61,295 nt of DNA from Clostridia bacterium (GTDB lineage Bacteria > Bacillota > Clostridia > TANB77 > CAG-465). The DNA is taken from NCBI GenBank assembly GCA_045651205.1, contig JAZRSA010000045.1, positions 1 to 61,295 of the forward strand, read 5' to 3'. A model generated the notes under the pieces. It saw nothing but the letters and a program-made list of their open reading frames with translations, had not been told where the DNA came from and ran no database searches. A program made the translations under genes and the position numbers. Below are positions 29,807-39,760 of this stretch, piece after piece. Each line of letters opens with the position of its first letter. Within the stretch, counting starts at the first letter, position 1.

Positions 29807-31042
29807 ATGAATATATATGAAGGAAATTTCCTTTGGAACAAAAATACAGGAATAATTAAAAAATATGAATATTTATCTAAAGATATGAAATGCGACACTA
29901 TTGTTATAGGCGGAGGAATAACAGGTGCAATTACGGCGTTTATGCAGGCAAAAACAGGGGCTAGCGTTATTGTTGTGGATAAAAACATAATAGGCTATGG
30001 TATGACTTTAAAAAGAGATGGGGCTATATTAAGAGAAATGGATATAACAGATTACCAAAGCAAAAGAGTACCTTTAGAAGTATTAAAAAAATATAATAAA
30101 TTATGTAATAATGCGGTTGAAGATATTTTAAATATAATTAGTGAAATATCTGAAGATGAAGAGTGTAAAAAATATATTGGAGAATTAGGCTTAAAGGAAA
30201 TGGATGTGTTATATTATACGGATAAAATTATTAGGAAACATTATATTTATAAGCTTTTTGAAAAATGTGGTGAGAATAATAATAATGTAGAATATTTAGA
30301 ACAAGATCCGCTTTTTAATTTAAGAGCGGGCCTGCTAATTCCTAAAAATGGCTTTGTGTTAAATCCATATGTTTTTGCCAATCTTATATATCTCTATTTG
30401 TCCAAGAAGGAAAATGTAAAGATATATGAAAATACATGTATAGAAAATATAAGTTTTAATAATGAAGAAGTAGAATGTTTAACTACTAATAGGTTTAAGA
30501 TTAGAGGCAAATGTGCAATACTAACATGTGGAATGCATACATTAAAATATATAGATGAATTCTCTGTAGATGTATGTAAAATGTTTAATATAGTGACAGA
30601 AAGAATCTTAGATATTAATAAAAATAATATTAATGTAATTGCTAAAAATATGGAAACAAAAAGCAGTGCAGTTACTTTTACTAAAGATAATAGAATATTA
30701 TTAAGTGGAGAATGTATAAAAATACCAGAAGATATACAGGATAAAAAACGTATTGCGTTTTTAGAAAAAGGGAAATATAAAAAACTATACTACACATTAA
30801 ATAGAATTTTACCTTTTTCAAATCCACCTAAAATAGAGAGATGTTATTCGTTAATATGCGCTAAAACAAAAGATTCGTTACCTATAATAGATGAAATAAA
30901 AAAGATACCAAATGTATATTGTAATTTCCCTTCAGGAAGAAATGGAATAGTTCAAGCTATGATAGGGGCAAATATGTTAAAAGATGTATCTAAAAAATAT
31001 TATATAAAAGATATGCATTTATTTAGAGAAGATAGATGGTAA
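29807..31042 (+). CDS. FAD-dependent oxidoreductase (DAO family, divergent)
   Basis: VIGGGITG, IYENT, TKDSLP.I and GRNGI motifs. Confidence 0.75.
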   Translation: MNIYEGNFLWNKNTGIIKKYEYLSKDMKCDTIVIGGGITGAITAFMQAKTGASVIVVDKNIIGYGMTLKRDGAILREMDITDYQSKRVPLEVLKKYNKLCNNAVEDILNIISEISEDEECKKYIGELGLKEMDVLYYTDKIIRKHYIYKLFEKCGENNNNVEYLEQDPLFNLRAGLLIPKNGFVLNPYVFANLIYLYLSKKENVKIYENTCIENISFNNEEVECLTTNRFKIRGKCAILTCGMHTLKYIDEFSVDVCKMFNIVTERILDINKNNINVIAKNMETKSSAVTFTKDNRILLSGECIKIPEDIQDKKRIAFLEKGKYKKLYYTLNRILPFSNPPKIERCYSLICAKTKDSLPIIDEIKKIPNVYCNFPSGRNGIVQAMIGANMLKDVSKKYYIKDMHLFREDRW

Positions 31043-31048
31043 TATAAA

Positions 31049-31090
31049 AAGGAAAAAGCCTCGAGTTATCGAGGCTTTAAATTTTCCTTA
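31049..31090. terminator. bidirectional terminator
   Basis: aaagcctcga-gtta-tcgaggcttt. Confidence 0.8.
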
Positions 31091-31915
31091 TTAACGCGCT
31101 TGCTTAGCGACTACCTTTGAAAGTTTCAAGTGAAGTCCTTTGGGTGAAGCGCTGGAGATGACACATTCTACTGTGTCGCCGTAGTGAAGAATGGGATGCC
31201 AAGACTGATAGTCAAGAATCCCTGCAACCTGCGGTGCTACGTTTACAAAGAAACCGGAAAATTTTGAATCTACGGGTTCGTTGATAACACCGGTTACCAT
31301 TTCGCCGGGGGTGTAGCTGTCGGGGTTGTATTCGGGAAAGGTATCTTTGTAAGAAACGTTGAATCGACCGAGATGGTCTAACGACATAACCTTTACAAAG
31401 AAAGAATCTCCTTTTTTGCAGATTTCAGAAGTTGAACGGATTCTTGCCTTGCAAAGATCGGGGACGCTGATTCGTGCTTGAACTCCTTGGCCCACATCAC
31501 CAAAAACGATTTTAGTTCTGGTGGCTGTTACATTAAACGGCAAGGTGCTTGCGTTTTTAATAAGCTCGAGGACTTCAAGCATATTGTCCTTTCTTGACAG
31601 TGTGATTTTGTGGCCCTTGATGCTTTTGATTTTAGCGCAAATGATTTTTTCTTTGAGACAACCAACTTGAAGCGGAAAAGGAAATTCCGGATTGTTTTGG
31701 GAGTATGTCAAAGGATACATTGTTGCTTCGCAAAAGGGAAGGTGTGCGGTGAGGTCATCGCCTAACCGGATAGAAAGAGATTCGCTTGCTTGGCTTATCG
31801 CTTCTACGTAACCTACAACGGTCATATTATCTTTGAATGCTTTTTCAACATCTTTGAAGGTCATGTTACCTACATTGTAACAGGCCTCCGGCAAAATTTT
31901 TTCGAAATTGCTCAT
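31091..31915 (-). CDS. multi-S1-domain RNA-binding protein (GC-richer)
   Basis: Three S1/OB-like repeats (ITLSRK; VFGDVGQG.QA.I; GFFVNVAPQVAGIL); RBS GGAGG before ATG at 31915. Confidence 0.7.
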   Translation of the reverse strand: MSNFEKILPEACYNVGNMTFKDVEKAFKDNMTVVGYVEAISQASESLSIRLGDDLTAHLPFCEATMYPLTYSQNNPEFPFPLQVGCLKEKIICAKIKSIKGHKITLSRKDNMLEVLELIKNASTLPFNVTATRTKIVFGDVGQGVQARISVPDLCKARIRSTSEICKKGDSFFVKVMSLDHLGRFNVSYKDTFPEYNPDSYTPGEMVTGVINEPVDSKFSGFFVNVAPQVAGILDYQSWHPILHYGDTVECVISSASPKGLHLKLSKVVAKQAR

Positions 31916-32090
31916 ATTTCTACCTCCAAAATTATTTAGTGGATAAAAAATTAACCTGCGTATATTATACCACACTTGTTTACATAAATCAAGTAGGAAT
32001 AATTAATATAAATATATAAATACTTAATAAAAAGTGTTGTAAAAAAAATAAATATGTTATAGAATGAAAGTAACTATAAGGAGCGGAAAT

Positions 32091-33611
32091 ATGAAAACAA
32101 AAGATTTTAAAGAGTTATGTGCTGTATATACAGCAAATCCAAATTTGGATAATGAAAATGTATTATTAAGAACAATGGTGTTTGATACTAAATATTATGT
32201 TGCTACTGTAAAATATGAAAAAGGTAATGCGCTTAGAATGCTTCAATCTGAAACAGGATCTATAGTCCTTTGCGTTTATACAAGCGAAGCAGAGGTTGGT
32301 GCTGAAATAGCGGATAAATATGAGTTGGTTAAAATGTCGTTTGACGAGCTATACGACAATGTAAATGTTAATAATGTGGAATATATATTAATAAATCCTA
32401 ACACAGAAGCTTTAACACTTACATGTGCACAAGTTTCAAAATTGTATAGAGAAAAATATTATTCAGACAGCAGTTTACCATTACATTTGGACAAGGATGT
32501 TGAATTTAAAACAAGAGCATTAAAGGTTTCTGAATTAAGTTCTCAAACAACAAGTAAAAAACTAATAGACATTTATTTAACAGCTGTAAATGAAAAAGAA
32601 GAGGAAACAAGATCAAATTTATTAGTTGAATTTGTAGAAGAGTTAACAAATCATGCTAAATTTTATACACCTGTATTGCCAGATGGTGAAGTAGATAAAG
32701 TTGGTAATTTAGTTGTAGGCAAAGAGAGAGTACTATTTTTTACAGAAGACAATGTAAAGGGTGAATATTATTTATTTGTGGATGCAAATAAAATAGTAGA
32801 AACATTAAAAGTAGATCCAGAAAATACATATGTATCTGTTTTTGATTTTGATGATTATGTTGCTATGATGGATGCAACCCGTGGTGTTATAAAAGGCTTG
32901 AAAATAATAGGTGATACAACTATTGCAATACCAGCAAGCGATATATACTATTATAACGCAATAAAAGAACATAATGCATTAACAAAAGATATTACTGTTT
33001 TAAAAGGTTCTTATGCTCCATCTGAAGAAACAGAACTAATGGAAAAAGAATTAGATGAGCTATTTGTAAAATATCCTGCTGTAGAAAAAGCTTGGCTAGG
33101 AAGAGAAATTGAATTATATAAAAACAACAAGAATGCATACATATATAATGTAGTTTTAAAATTAACTAGCGAAGAAATAAATAAAGACGCTGTAAAAGAA
33201 AAGGTAAGAAAAATATTAGGCAACAAGTTATATAGAATGTATATTACAAATGATGGTGTTGTAGATTCTCAACTTAAACTTGTATATGAAAGAAATATGG
33301 AAAGAATAGCTAAGTTAGAAGAAGAAAAGAAAGACGAGCTTGCCAAAAAAGAAATAGTAGAAGAAGTTAAACCAAAAACAGTAAAAAAAGCAGCAACTAA
33401 AACTACAGATTCTAAGAAAACAGCTAAAAAGGAAACGACTAAAAAAGAAACGGCTACTGCTGCTAAGAAGACAACTGTAAAGAAAACAGCAACGAAAAAA
33501 ACTGAAGAAAAACCAGTAGCAAAAAAAACAACTACAGCTAAAAAACCTACTACAACTAAGAAGACTACTGCTACTAAAAAAACTGCGGCTAAAAAAGTAG
33601 AGAAAAAATAA
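32091..33611 (+). CDS. SseB-family protein with Lys/Thr/Ala-rich tail
   Basis: VYTS..E...MSFDEL...ILINP SseB-like domain, P.VEKAWL SseB_C-like region, KKT(A/T) repeats. Confidence 0.6.
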   Translation: MKTKDFKELCAVYTANPNLDNENVLLRTMVFDTKYYVATVKYEKGNALRMLQSETGSIVLCVYTSEAEVGAEIADKYELVKMSFDELYDNVNVNNVEYILINPNTEALTLTCAQVSKLYREKYYSDSSLPLHLDKDVEFKTRALKVSELSSQTTSKKLIDIYLTAVNEKEEETRSNLLVEFVEELTNHAKFYTPVLPDGEVDKVGNLVVGKERVLFFTEDNVKGEYYLFVDANKIVETLKVDPENTYVSVFDFDDYVAMMDATRGVIKGLKIIGDTTIAIPASDIYYYNAIKEHNALTKDITVLKGSYAPSEETELMEKELDELFVKYPAVEKAWLGREIELYKNNKNAYIYNVVLKLTSEEINKDAVKEKVRKILGNKLYRMYITNDGVVDSQLKLVYERNMERIAKLEEEKKDELAKKEIVEEVKPKTVKKAATKTTDSKKTAKKETTKKETATAAKKTTVKKTATKKTEEKPVAKKTTTAKKPTTTKKTTATKKTAAKKVEKK

Positions 33612-33620
33612 TAAAATAAC

Positions 33621-33651
33621 AAAAGATATACGTGAAAATGTATATCTTTTT
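33621..33651 (+). terminator. intrinsic terminator
   Basis: aaaagatatac-gtgaaaat-gtatatcttttt. Confidence 0.7.
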
Positions 33652-33727
33652 CTTCTGCTAAATACAGCATAAATGTTGAGATTTAGCGTGCTTTATGATA
33701 TAATTTCAGGATGTAAGGAGAAAAAAT

Positions 33728-34393
33728 ATGTATATCGTAAGAATAACTTATACTAAATCTAAAGAAGCAATATATATACCAGCAACTGAACTTAAAAGAA
33801 TATTAGAATCTGCTATGATAAGAGCAGGTATTTATGTTGCATATACTAAAGATAATACACCAGATATTACATTTGCAGATAACATTGCTTTAGGAATAGA
33901 AAGTACTGCAGAGATATGTGATGTTGCACTTCAAGAACCAATAGATTCAACATTTATTGTTAAAAGCTTAAATAGAGAATTACCACAAGGAATGGTTATA
34001 CTTACAGTGGAAACAATAGGAGACTTTGAACCACAAATAGATAAAAGTGCATATGCGGTTACATATGAGATTACTCCTAAATATGGAGATATATCTAAAA
34101 TGACAAATCGTGAATATGAAGATTTAAGAGCGTGGTATAGATTCCAAATGAAAAAATATTTATCTGAAGAAGCTATTTTAGTTTTAGTTAAATCTATAGA
34201 TAGAAGCGAAAGAATAGATATTAAACCAGCTATTATGAATTGGGATATACAAATAAATGATGCAACAAGAGTAACAGTATCTAAAGATACGGAATATATG
34301 TTTAATCCACATTATATTATGGATGGTTTTAAAGAATTTGTAGATAGAAAAATAGATTATACAGTTAAAAGAATAAAAATATTATATAACTAA
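33728..34393 (+). CDS. radical SAM-linked protein (TIGR03936/DUF2344-like)
   Basis: RI.Y.K, RAGI.VAY, P.I.FA...LGIES.AE, LN..LP.G and DIKP.I motifs. Confidence 0.75.
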   Translation: MYIVRITYTKSKEAIYIPATELKRILESAMIRAGIYVAYTKDNTPDITFADNIALGIESTAEICDVALQEPIDSTFIVKSLNRELPQGMVILTVETIGDFEPQIDKSAYAVTYEITPKYGDISKMTNREYEDLRAWYRFQMKKYLSEEAILVLVKSIDRSERIDIKPAIMNWDIQINDATRVTVSKDTEYMFNPHYIMDGFKEFVDRKIDYTVKRIKILYN

Positions 34394-34430
34394 TATGTAT
34401 ATATAATATTAAATATATAAAGGAGAGACG

Positions 34431-37400
34431 ATGAATCCGCTAGTTAAAGAATTGCCAAAACACAGCAAGTTTAAAGAACTTCTAAAGTGTATTAAAGATG
34501 GCGAAACAAATTTAAGTATAACGGGACTTACAGATGCAACTAAGGCACACGTCATATATAGTTTGTACAACTATAGTGGCGTGCGCCCAGTTGTTGTATG
34601 CCCAAATGTAAGTTCTGCAAAAAGATTTATGCAAGATATTAAATTTTATGCAGAAAAAGATATTGTTTTCATGCCTGCACGTGAAATTATATATTACGAT
34701 GTAGATGCACAAAGTAGGGAAACAAATAATGCCAGAGTAGGAGCTATATCTAAACTTGTAGATAACAAGGATATGATTCTTGTAACTACAATAGATGCGC
34801 TTCTTCAACCAATGCTACCTAAAAAGGAATATGAAAACCTTAATATGACTATTTCTTTAGGTGAAGAACTAGACCTAGATGAGGTTATATTAAAATTAGA
34901 CAGACTTGGATATACTCGTGAAGATATAGTTCTTGCAAAAGGACAATTCTCTGTAAGAGGTGGAATAATAGACATATTCCCAACTGATGCTAAGATGCCA
35001 TATAGGGTTGAATTATTTGGTACTGAAGTGGATAACATCAGAACTTTTGACACTGAAACACAAAGAAGTATGGATACAGTTCATGACTTCTATATAACAT
35101 TCTCAACAGAGCATGTTGTATCACTTGAAACTAAAGAAAAGGCAATAAATAAACTTAAGAGTATTCTTGATGAAGATATTTCTTTAGATGTTAAAAAAAG
35201 TATTAAAGCAGATATAGAGAGAATGGAAGAAGGTAATATTTCAGGATTAATAGATAGATATTATGAACTATTTGTTCCAGAAAGAGTTACATTACTAGAT
35301 TATCTAGAATCTAACTTCTGTATCTTTATGGATGAAACTGCAAGGGAAATTAGTAGAGCAGAGGCCATTAAATACGAAAACAATGAAGCAATAAAAGTAA
35401 TAACAATGAATGGTAATGTATATTCTAAATATGCATTCAAATACGTTAGTTTTGAGGAAATAGAACTTAAACTAAAAAGCCTATCTACAGTATATATGAG
35501 TAAATTAGGACAAGATAGAGTTATGCATGCGAAAAGAAAAGAGTACAGCTTTAGCTGTAGGGAGGTCAACTTTTTTCGTAGCACAATGGATCTACTTATT
35601 AAGGACATCAAGAGATATAAGGAAGAAAGAAAAATAATTTTAATGGTGTTTTCTACACTTCAAAAAGTTGAAACTGTAAAAAATGCTATGGAAGATAACG
35701 GTGTAAAAACTAAATTTGTACAAGACATAGCTATGGTGGATGACTTGGACAATAACACAATATATATTACACAAGGATTAATTTCAGCTGGATTTACTTA
35801 TGATGAATTTGATCTTGTGGTTGTATCTGAAAGTTTATCTGGTACTTCAAAAAAAGAAGTTAAATCTTCAAAAGCTTTTATGGGAGATATGTTAAACTCT
35901 TATGAAGACTTAAAAGTTGGAGATTATGTAGTGCATGTAAACCATGGTATAGGTAAGTATTTAGGTATTGAAACAATAGATACAGCAGGTGTAGTAAAAG
36001 ACTATATTAAGTTAGAGTATAAAGATGGCGGAACACTATACATTCCAATTACAAGCTTAGATAGTATTAAGAAATATGTTTGTGAGGATGGATTTGCTCC
36101 TAAGATGAACAAACTTGGTACTAAGGAATGGGAAACTACAAAGGCTAAGGTTACTAAACATGTTAGTGATGTTGCTAAAGAGTTAACACTTCTTTATGCC
36201 AAAAGAGCACAAGCTAAAGGTTTTGCGTTCTCAAAAGATACACCTTGGCAAAGAGAGTTTGAAGCAGACTTTGAGTATGAACTAACTGGTGATCAAAAAA
36301 GAGCCATAATGGAAATGAAAAAAGATATGGAAAATACTAAACCAATGGATAGACTACTATGTGGTGATGTTGGTTATGGTAAAACAGAAGTAGCAATCCG
36401 TGGAGCATTTAAAGCAGTTATGGATTCTAAACAAGTTGCATATCTAGTTCCAACAACAGTATTGTCTTTACAACAATACAATACATTTAAAAATCGTATG
36501 GAGAAGTTTGGCGTTAAAGTAGAAATGTTAAGTCGTTTTAGAACGCCAAAACAACAACAAGAAATAATCGCTAAACTTGAATCTGGAGAAATAGATGTAG
36601 TTGTAGGAACACATAGAATACTTTCAAAAGATGTTAAGTTTAAAGATTTAGGTTTCTTAATAATAGATGAAGAACACAGATTTGGTGTTGAAGATAAAGA
36701 AAAGATTAAGAAGTACAAAAACAACATAGATGTACTTTCTATGACAGCAACTCCAATACCAAGAACATTACACATGTCTATGATAGGTATACGTGATGTA
36801 TCTGTAATAACAGAACCACCACAAGAAAGACTACCAGTACATACATATGTATCAGAATATAATTCGGCGATGGTTGCTGAGGGAATAGAAAAAGAACTTG
36901 CTCGTGATGGTCAAGTATTCTATTTAAGTAATAGAGTAGAAAATATTGAAAGTATAGTAGCTAAAGTTAGAAGCTTAGCGCCAACAGCAAGAGTAGCTTT
37001 TGCACATGGTAAAATGACACCAAACCAAATAGAAGATACAATGGTTGAATATATGAATCACGAATCGGATATTCTAGTTTGTACTACGATTCTAGAGTCT
37101 GGTATAGATATACCTAATGCAAATACAATAATTATAGAAAATGCAGATAAGTTAGGCTTAGCACAACTTTACCAAATTCGTGGAAGAGTTGGCCGTTCGA
37201 ATAGACTTGCTTATGCATATGTTACATATAACAGAGGTAGCATTTTAACAGAAGAAGCATCTAAACGTCTAGGAGCAATAAAAGACTATAGTGAATTTGG
37301 AAGTGGATTTAAGATAGCTTTAAGAGATCTTGAGATTAGAGGTGCTGGAAATCTTTTAGGAGCAGAACAATCTGGACATATGATGATGGTGGGTTATGAT

Positions 37401-37862
37401 ATGTATGCTTCAATGTTAAATAAAGCAATAGAAAAAGAGAAACTAAAGATAGATAACGATGCATCGGGTGAGAAGATTTCAGAGGATGTTAAGATTACAC
37501 TTGATGTTTCTGCAAATATTCCAAGCGACTATATTAAAAATAGTATGCTTAAAATTGAAATGTACGGAAAACTTTCAAATGCAGATACTACTCAAGATAT
37601 AGAAGATGTAATTGATGAGTTTATAGATAGATTTGGTGAGATTCCAAAGGAAACTATGAACTTAATTGAAATAGTTAAGTTAAGAAATAAATGTAGAAAA
37701 TTAAATATAAAAGAAGTAAAAGTTATGGGAGACTTCTTATACTTTATGGATAATACAAAAAATCACATAAAATATAGGTTGACAAATGGCTCAAAAAATG
37801 ATATATTGAGCTTTGTAAACAGTTCAATTGGTATACTTGAACAAACCATGAATAGAAAGTAA
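34431..37862 (+). CDS. mfd: transcription-repair coupling factor
   Basis: GDYVVH.NHGIG, GDVGYGKTEVA, DEEHRFGV and QIRGRVGRS motifs. Confidence 0.98.
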   Translation: MNPLVKELPKHSKFKELLKCIKDGETNLSITGLTDATKAHVIYSLYNYSGVRPVVVCPNVSSAKRFMQDIKFYAEKDIVFMPAREIIYYDVDAQSRETNNARVGAISKLVDNKDMILVTTIDALLQPMLPKKEYENLNMTISLGEELDLDEVILKLDRLGYTREDIVLAKGQFSVRGGIIDIFPTDAKMPYRVELFGTEVDNIRTFDTETQRSMDTVHDFYITFSTEHVVSLETKEKAINKLKSILDEDISLDVKKSIKADIERMEEGNISGLIDRYYELFVPERVTLLDYLESNFCIFMDETAREISRAEAIKYENNEAIKVITMNGNVYSKYAFKYVSFEEIELKLKSLSTVYMSKLGQDRVMHAKRKEYSFSCREVNFFRSTMDLLIKDIKRYKEERKIILMVFSTLQKVETVKNAMEDNGVKTKFVQDIAMVDDLDNNTIYITQGLISAGFTYDEFDLVVVSESLSGTSKKEVKSSKAFMGDMLNSYEDLKVGDYVVHVNHGIGKYLGIETIDTAGVVKDYIKLEYKDGGTLYIPITSLDSIKKYVCEDGFAPKMNKLGTKEWETTKAKVTKHVSDVAKELTLLYAKRAQAKGFAFSKDTPWQREFEADFEYELTGDQKRAIMEMKKDMENTKPMDRLLCGDVGYGKTEVAIRGAFKAVMDSKQVAYLVPTTVLSLQQYNTFKNRMEKFGVKVEMLSRFRTPKQQQEIIAKLESGEIDVVVGTHRILSKDVKFKDLGFLIIDEEHRFGVEDKEKIKKYKNNIDVLSMTATPIPRTLHMSMIGIRDVSVITEPPQERLPVHTYVSEYNSAMVAEGIEKELARDGQVFYLSNRVENIESIVAKVRSLAPTARVAFAHGKMTPNQIEDTMVEYMNHESDILVCTTILESGIDIPNANTIIIENADKLGLAQLYQIRGRVGRSNRLAYAYVTYNRGSILTEEASKRLGAIKDYSEFGSGFKIALRDLEIRGAGNLLGAEQSGHMMMVGYDMYASMLNKAIEKEKLKIDNDASGEKISEDVKITLDVSANIPSDYIKNSMLKIEMYGKLSNADTTQDIEDVIDEFIDRFGEIPKETMNLIEIVKLRNKCRKLNIKEVKVMGDFLYFMDNTKNHIKYRLTNGSKNDILSFVNSSIGILEQTMNRK

Positions 37863-37879
37863 GAAGAGGGGTAGAAAAA

Positions 37880-38917
37880 ATGGGAAAAGATACAGTAAAG
37901 AAACCAGTAAACAAAGATTCTTTAATAATAGCAATTGTTATAGTATTAGTATTGATAGCAACTGCAGCAATCGTTTGTTATGTATTCTGGGGAGTTAACA
38001 GTGAAGTGCTAATAAACTATAAAGGCGGAAATATTACAAGAGGTAAATACGAAGCTGTATATAGATATTGGGCTCCAACATTATCATATTATGGATATAA
38101 TCCAGATAACATTCCAGAACTAGTAGTAGATGAAATATTATTAAATGAAGTTTTATATAAAGAAGCTGTAGAAGCTGGAACAAAAATTTCAAATGAAGAT
38201 CAACAATCAATAAATGATCAATTTGCAGATAAAGATAATGCTGCAGGTTTAGTTGCTCAAGGCGTTGATGTAGAAGAATTAAAATCATTCTTTGAAAAGA
38301 ATGCAGTTATATCTGCATATCTTGATGCAAAACAAGATAAAATAACAACTGAAGAAATGAAAGCTTTCATAGTTCAAGATGAAGGTGAAGATGCAGACCT
38401 TAATATATACAAAACAAGACATATATTATTTGCATTCACAGCAGATATGACAGAAGCAGACAAAGCTAAATTATTAAAAGAAGCACAAGATGTTTTAGCT
38501 AAAGTTAAAAAAGGTGAAGATTTTGCAAAACTAGCAGCAGAACATTCTGATGATGGTTCAGCACAAGATGGTGGAAAATTCGATATGGCTAACAACCAAA
38601 CAGTAGTTAAAGCATATAGAGATGCTGTAGCTAAATTAAAAGCAGGCGCAGTAGCAGCAAAAGTTGTTGAAACAGAATATGGATACCACATTATAAAATT
38701 AGACAGCATTGAAAAAAATGGAAGACTTACAGCTGAAGATGAACTTTCAAAGTTCATAAATGCTTATATTTCAGACAGAATAAGTGAAGTATTTGATCCA
38801 GCTGATGAAGAAAGCAAAAAAGAATTAGAAGCTGTTAAAGAATTATCTTTAAGAATAGATGCTGAATTAGGTATTATTCACGAAGAATCAGAAGTACAAA
38901 GTGTAGTAGCACAATAA
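37880..38917 (+). CDS. prsA: PrsA-like parvulin peptidyl-prolyl isomerase
   Basis: RHIL, GEDFAKLA.E.SDD and ETEYGYHII motifs; follows mfd. Confidence 0.8.
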   Translation: MGKDTVKKPVNKDSLIIAIVIVLVLIATAAIVCYVFWGVNSEVLINYKGGNITRGKYEAVYRYWAPTLSYYGYNPDNIPELVVDEILLNEVLYKEAVEAGTKISNEDQQSINDQFADKDNAAGLVAQGVDVEELKSFFEKNAVISAYLDAKQDKITTEEMKAFIVQDEGEDADLNIYKTRHILFAFTADMTEADKAKLLKEAQDVLAKVKKGEDFAKLAAEHSDDGSAQDGGKFDMANNQTVVKAYRDAVAKLKAGAVAAKVVETEYGYHIIKLDSIEKNGRLTAEDELSKFINAYISDRISEVFDPADEESKKELEAVKELSLRIDAELGIIHEESEVQSVVAQ

Positions 38918-38941
38918 TAGAAATTAAAAGAAAAGAAGATA

Positions 38942-39760
38942 GTGTATATGATAATAGTTAGTAAAAGTAACGATAAAATCAAATACATTAACAGTCTAAA
39001 AGATAAAAAATACAGAGACAAATATAATAAATATATTTTGGAAGGTATTAAACTAGTAAATGAACAAATAAGCTCAGGGGATAATACCCTTGAGTTTATT
39101 GTTATCTCAAAGGAACTCTTAGAATCACATCAAGGTGGTAAAGAGTTATATGAAAATCTTAAAGACTTAAATAATGTATTAGAAGTAGATAGTAAAATAT
39201 TTGAGTATTTGTCAGATACAGAAACTCCACAAGGTGTTTTGGTAGTATTAGAAAAGAAAAAATGCGAATTAAAAGATTTAATAAATAATATAAATAATAA
39301 TGAGAAGGTTATAGTATTAGATAAAATCCAAGACGCGGGCAATATGGGTACTATAATACGTACAGCAGTGGCTTTTGGTATAAATAATATTGTATGCCTA
39401 AAAGGTAGTGTGGATATATATTCTTCTAAGACTATACGTAGTACGATGGGAGCAATATACAAAACAAATATATTCTATGTAAATCTAGATGACATGAAGG
39501 AAGTAAAAAAAGCTTTAGAAATAAATGGTTATGATTTATGTGGAACAGATCTTAAAGCTACTAAATTTTTAAATGAAACAAAACCTAATAGTAAAACAGT
39601 ATATGTATTAGGAAACGAAGCAAATGGAATGAGCGAAGAAATGAAAGACATTTGTGACTCGTTTGTAAAAATACCAATGGAAAGTGTTCAGGAATCACTG
39701 AATGTTGGTGTGGCTGCAGCAATACTTATGTATAACGGATATATTGGAGGTGAAGCATAA
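38942..39760 (+). CDS. TrmH/SpoU family RNA methyltransferase
   Basis: QDAGNMGTIIRTA, GNEANG and ESLNV motifs. Confidence 0.92.
   Translation: MYMIIVSKSNDKIKYINSLKDKKYRDKYNKYILEGIKLVNEQISSGDNTLEFIVISKELLESHQGGKELYENLKDLNNVLEVDSKIFEYLSDTETPQGVLVVLEKKKCELKDLINNINNNEKVIVLDKIQDAGNMGTIIRTAVAFGINNIVCLKGSVDIYSSKTIRSTMGAIYKTNIFYVNLDDMKEVKKALEINGYDLCGTDLKATKFLNETKPNSKTVYVLGNEANGMSEEMKDICDSFVKIPMESVQESLNVGVAAAILMYNGYIGGEA

Noticed and set aside
33360..33611. CRISPR or tandem DNA repeat array
   Set aside because: The repeats are low-complexity coding sequence; no regularly spaced direct repeats were seen anywhere in the window.
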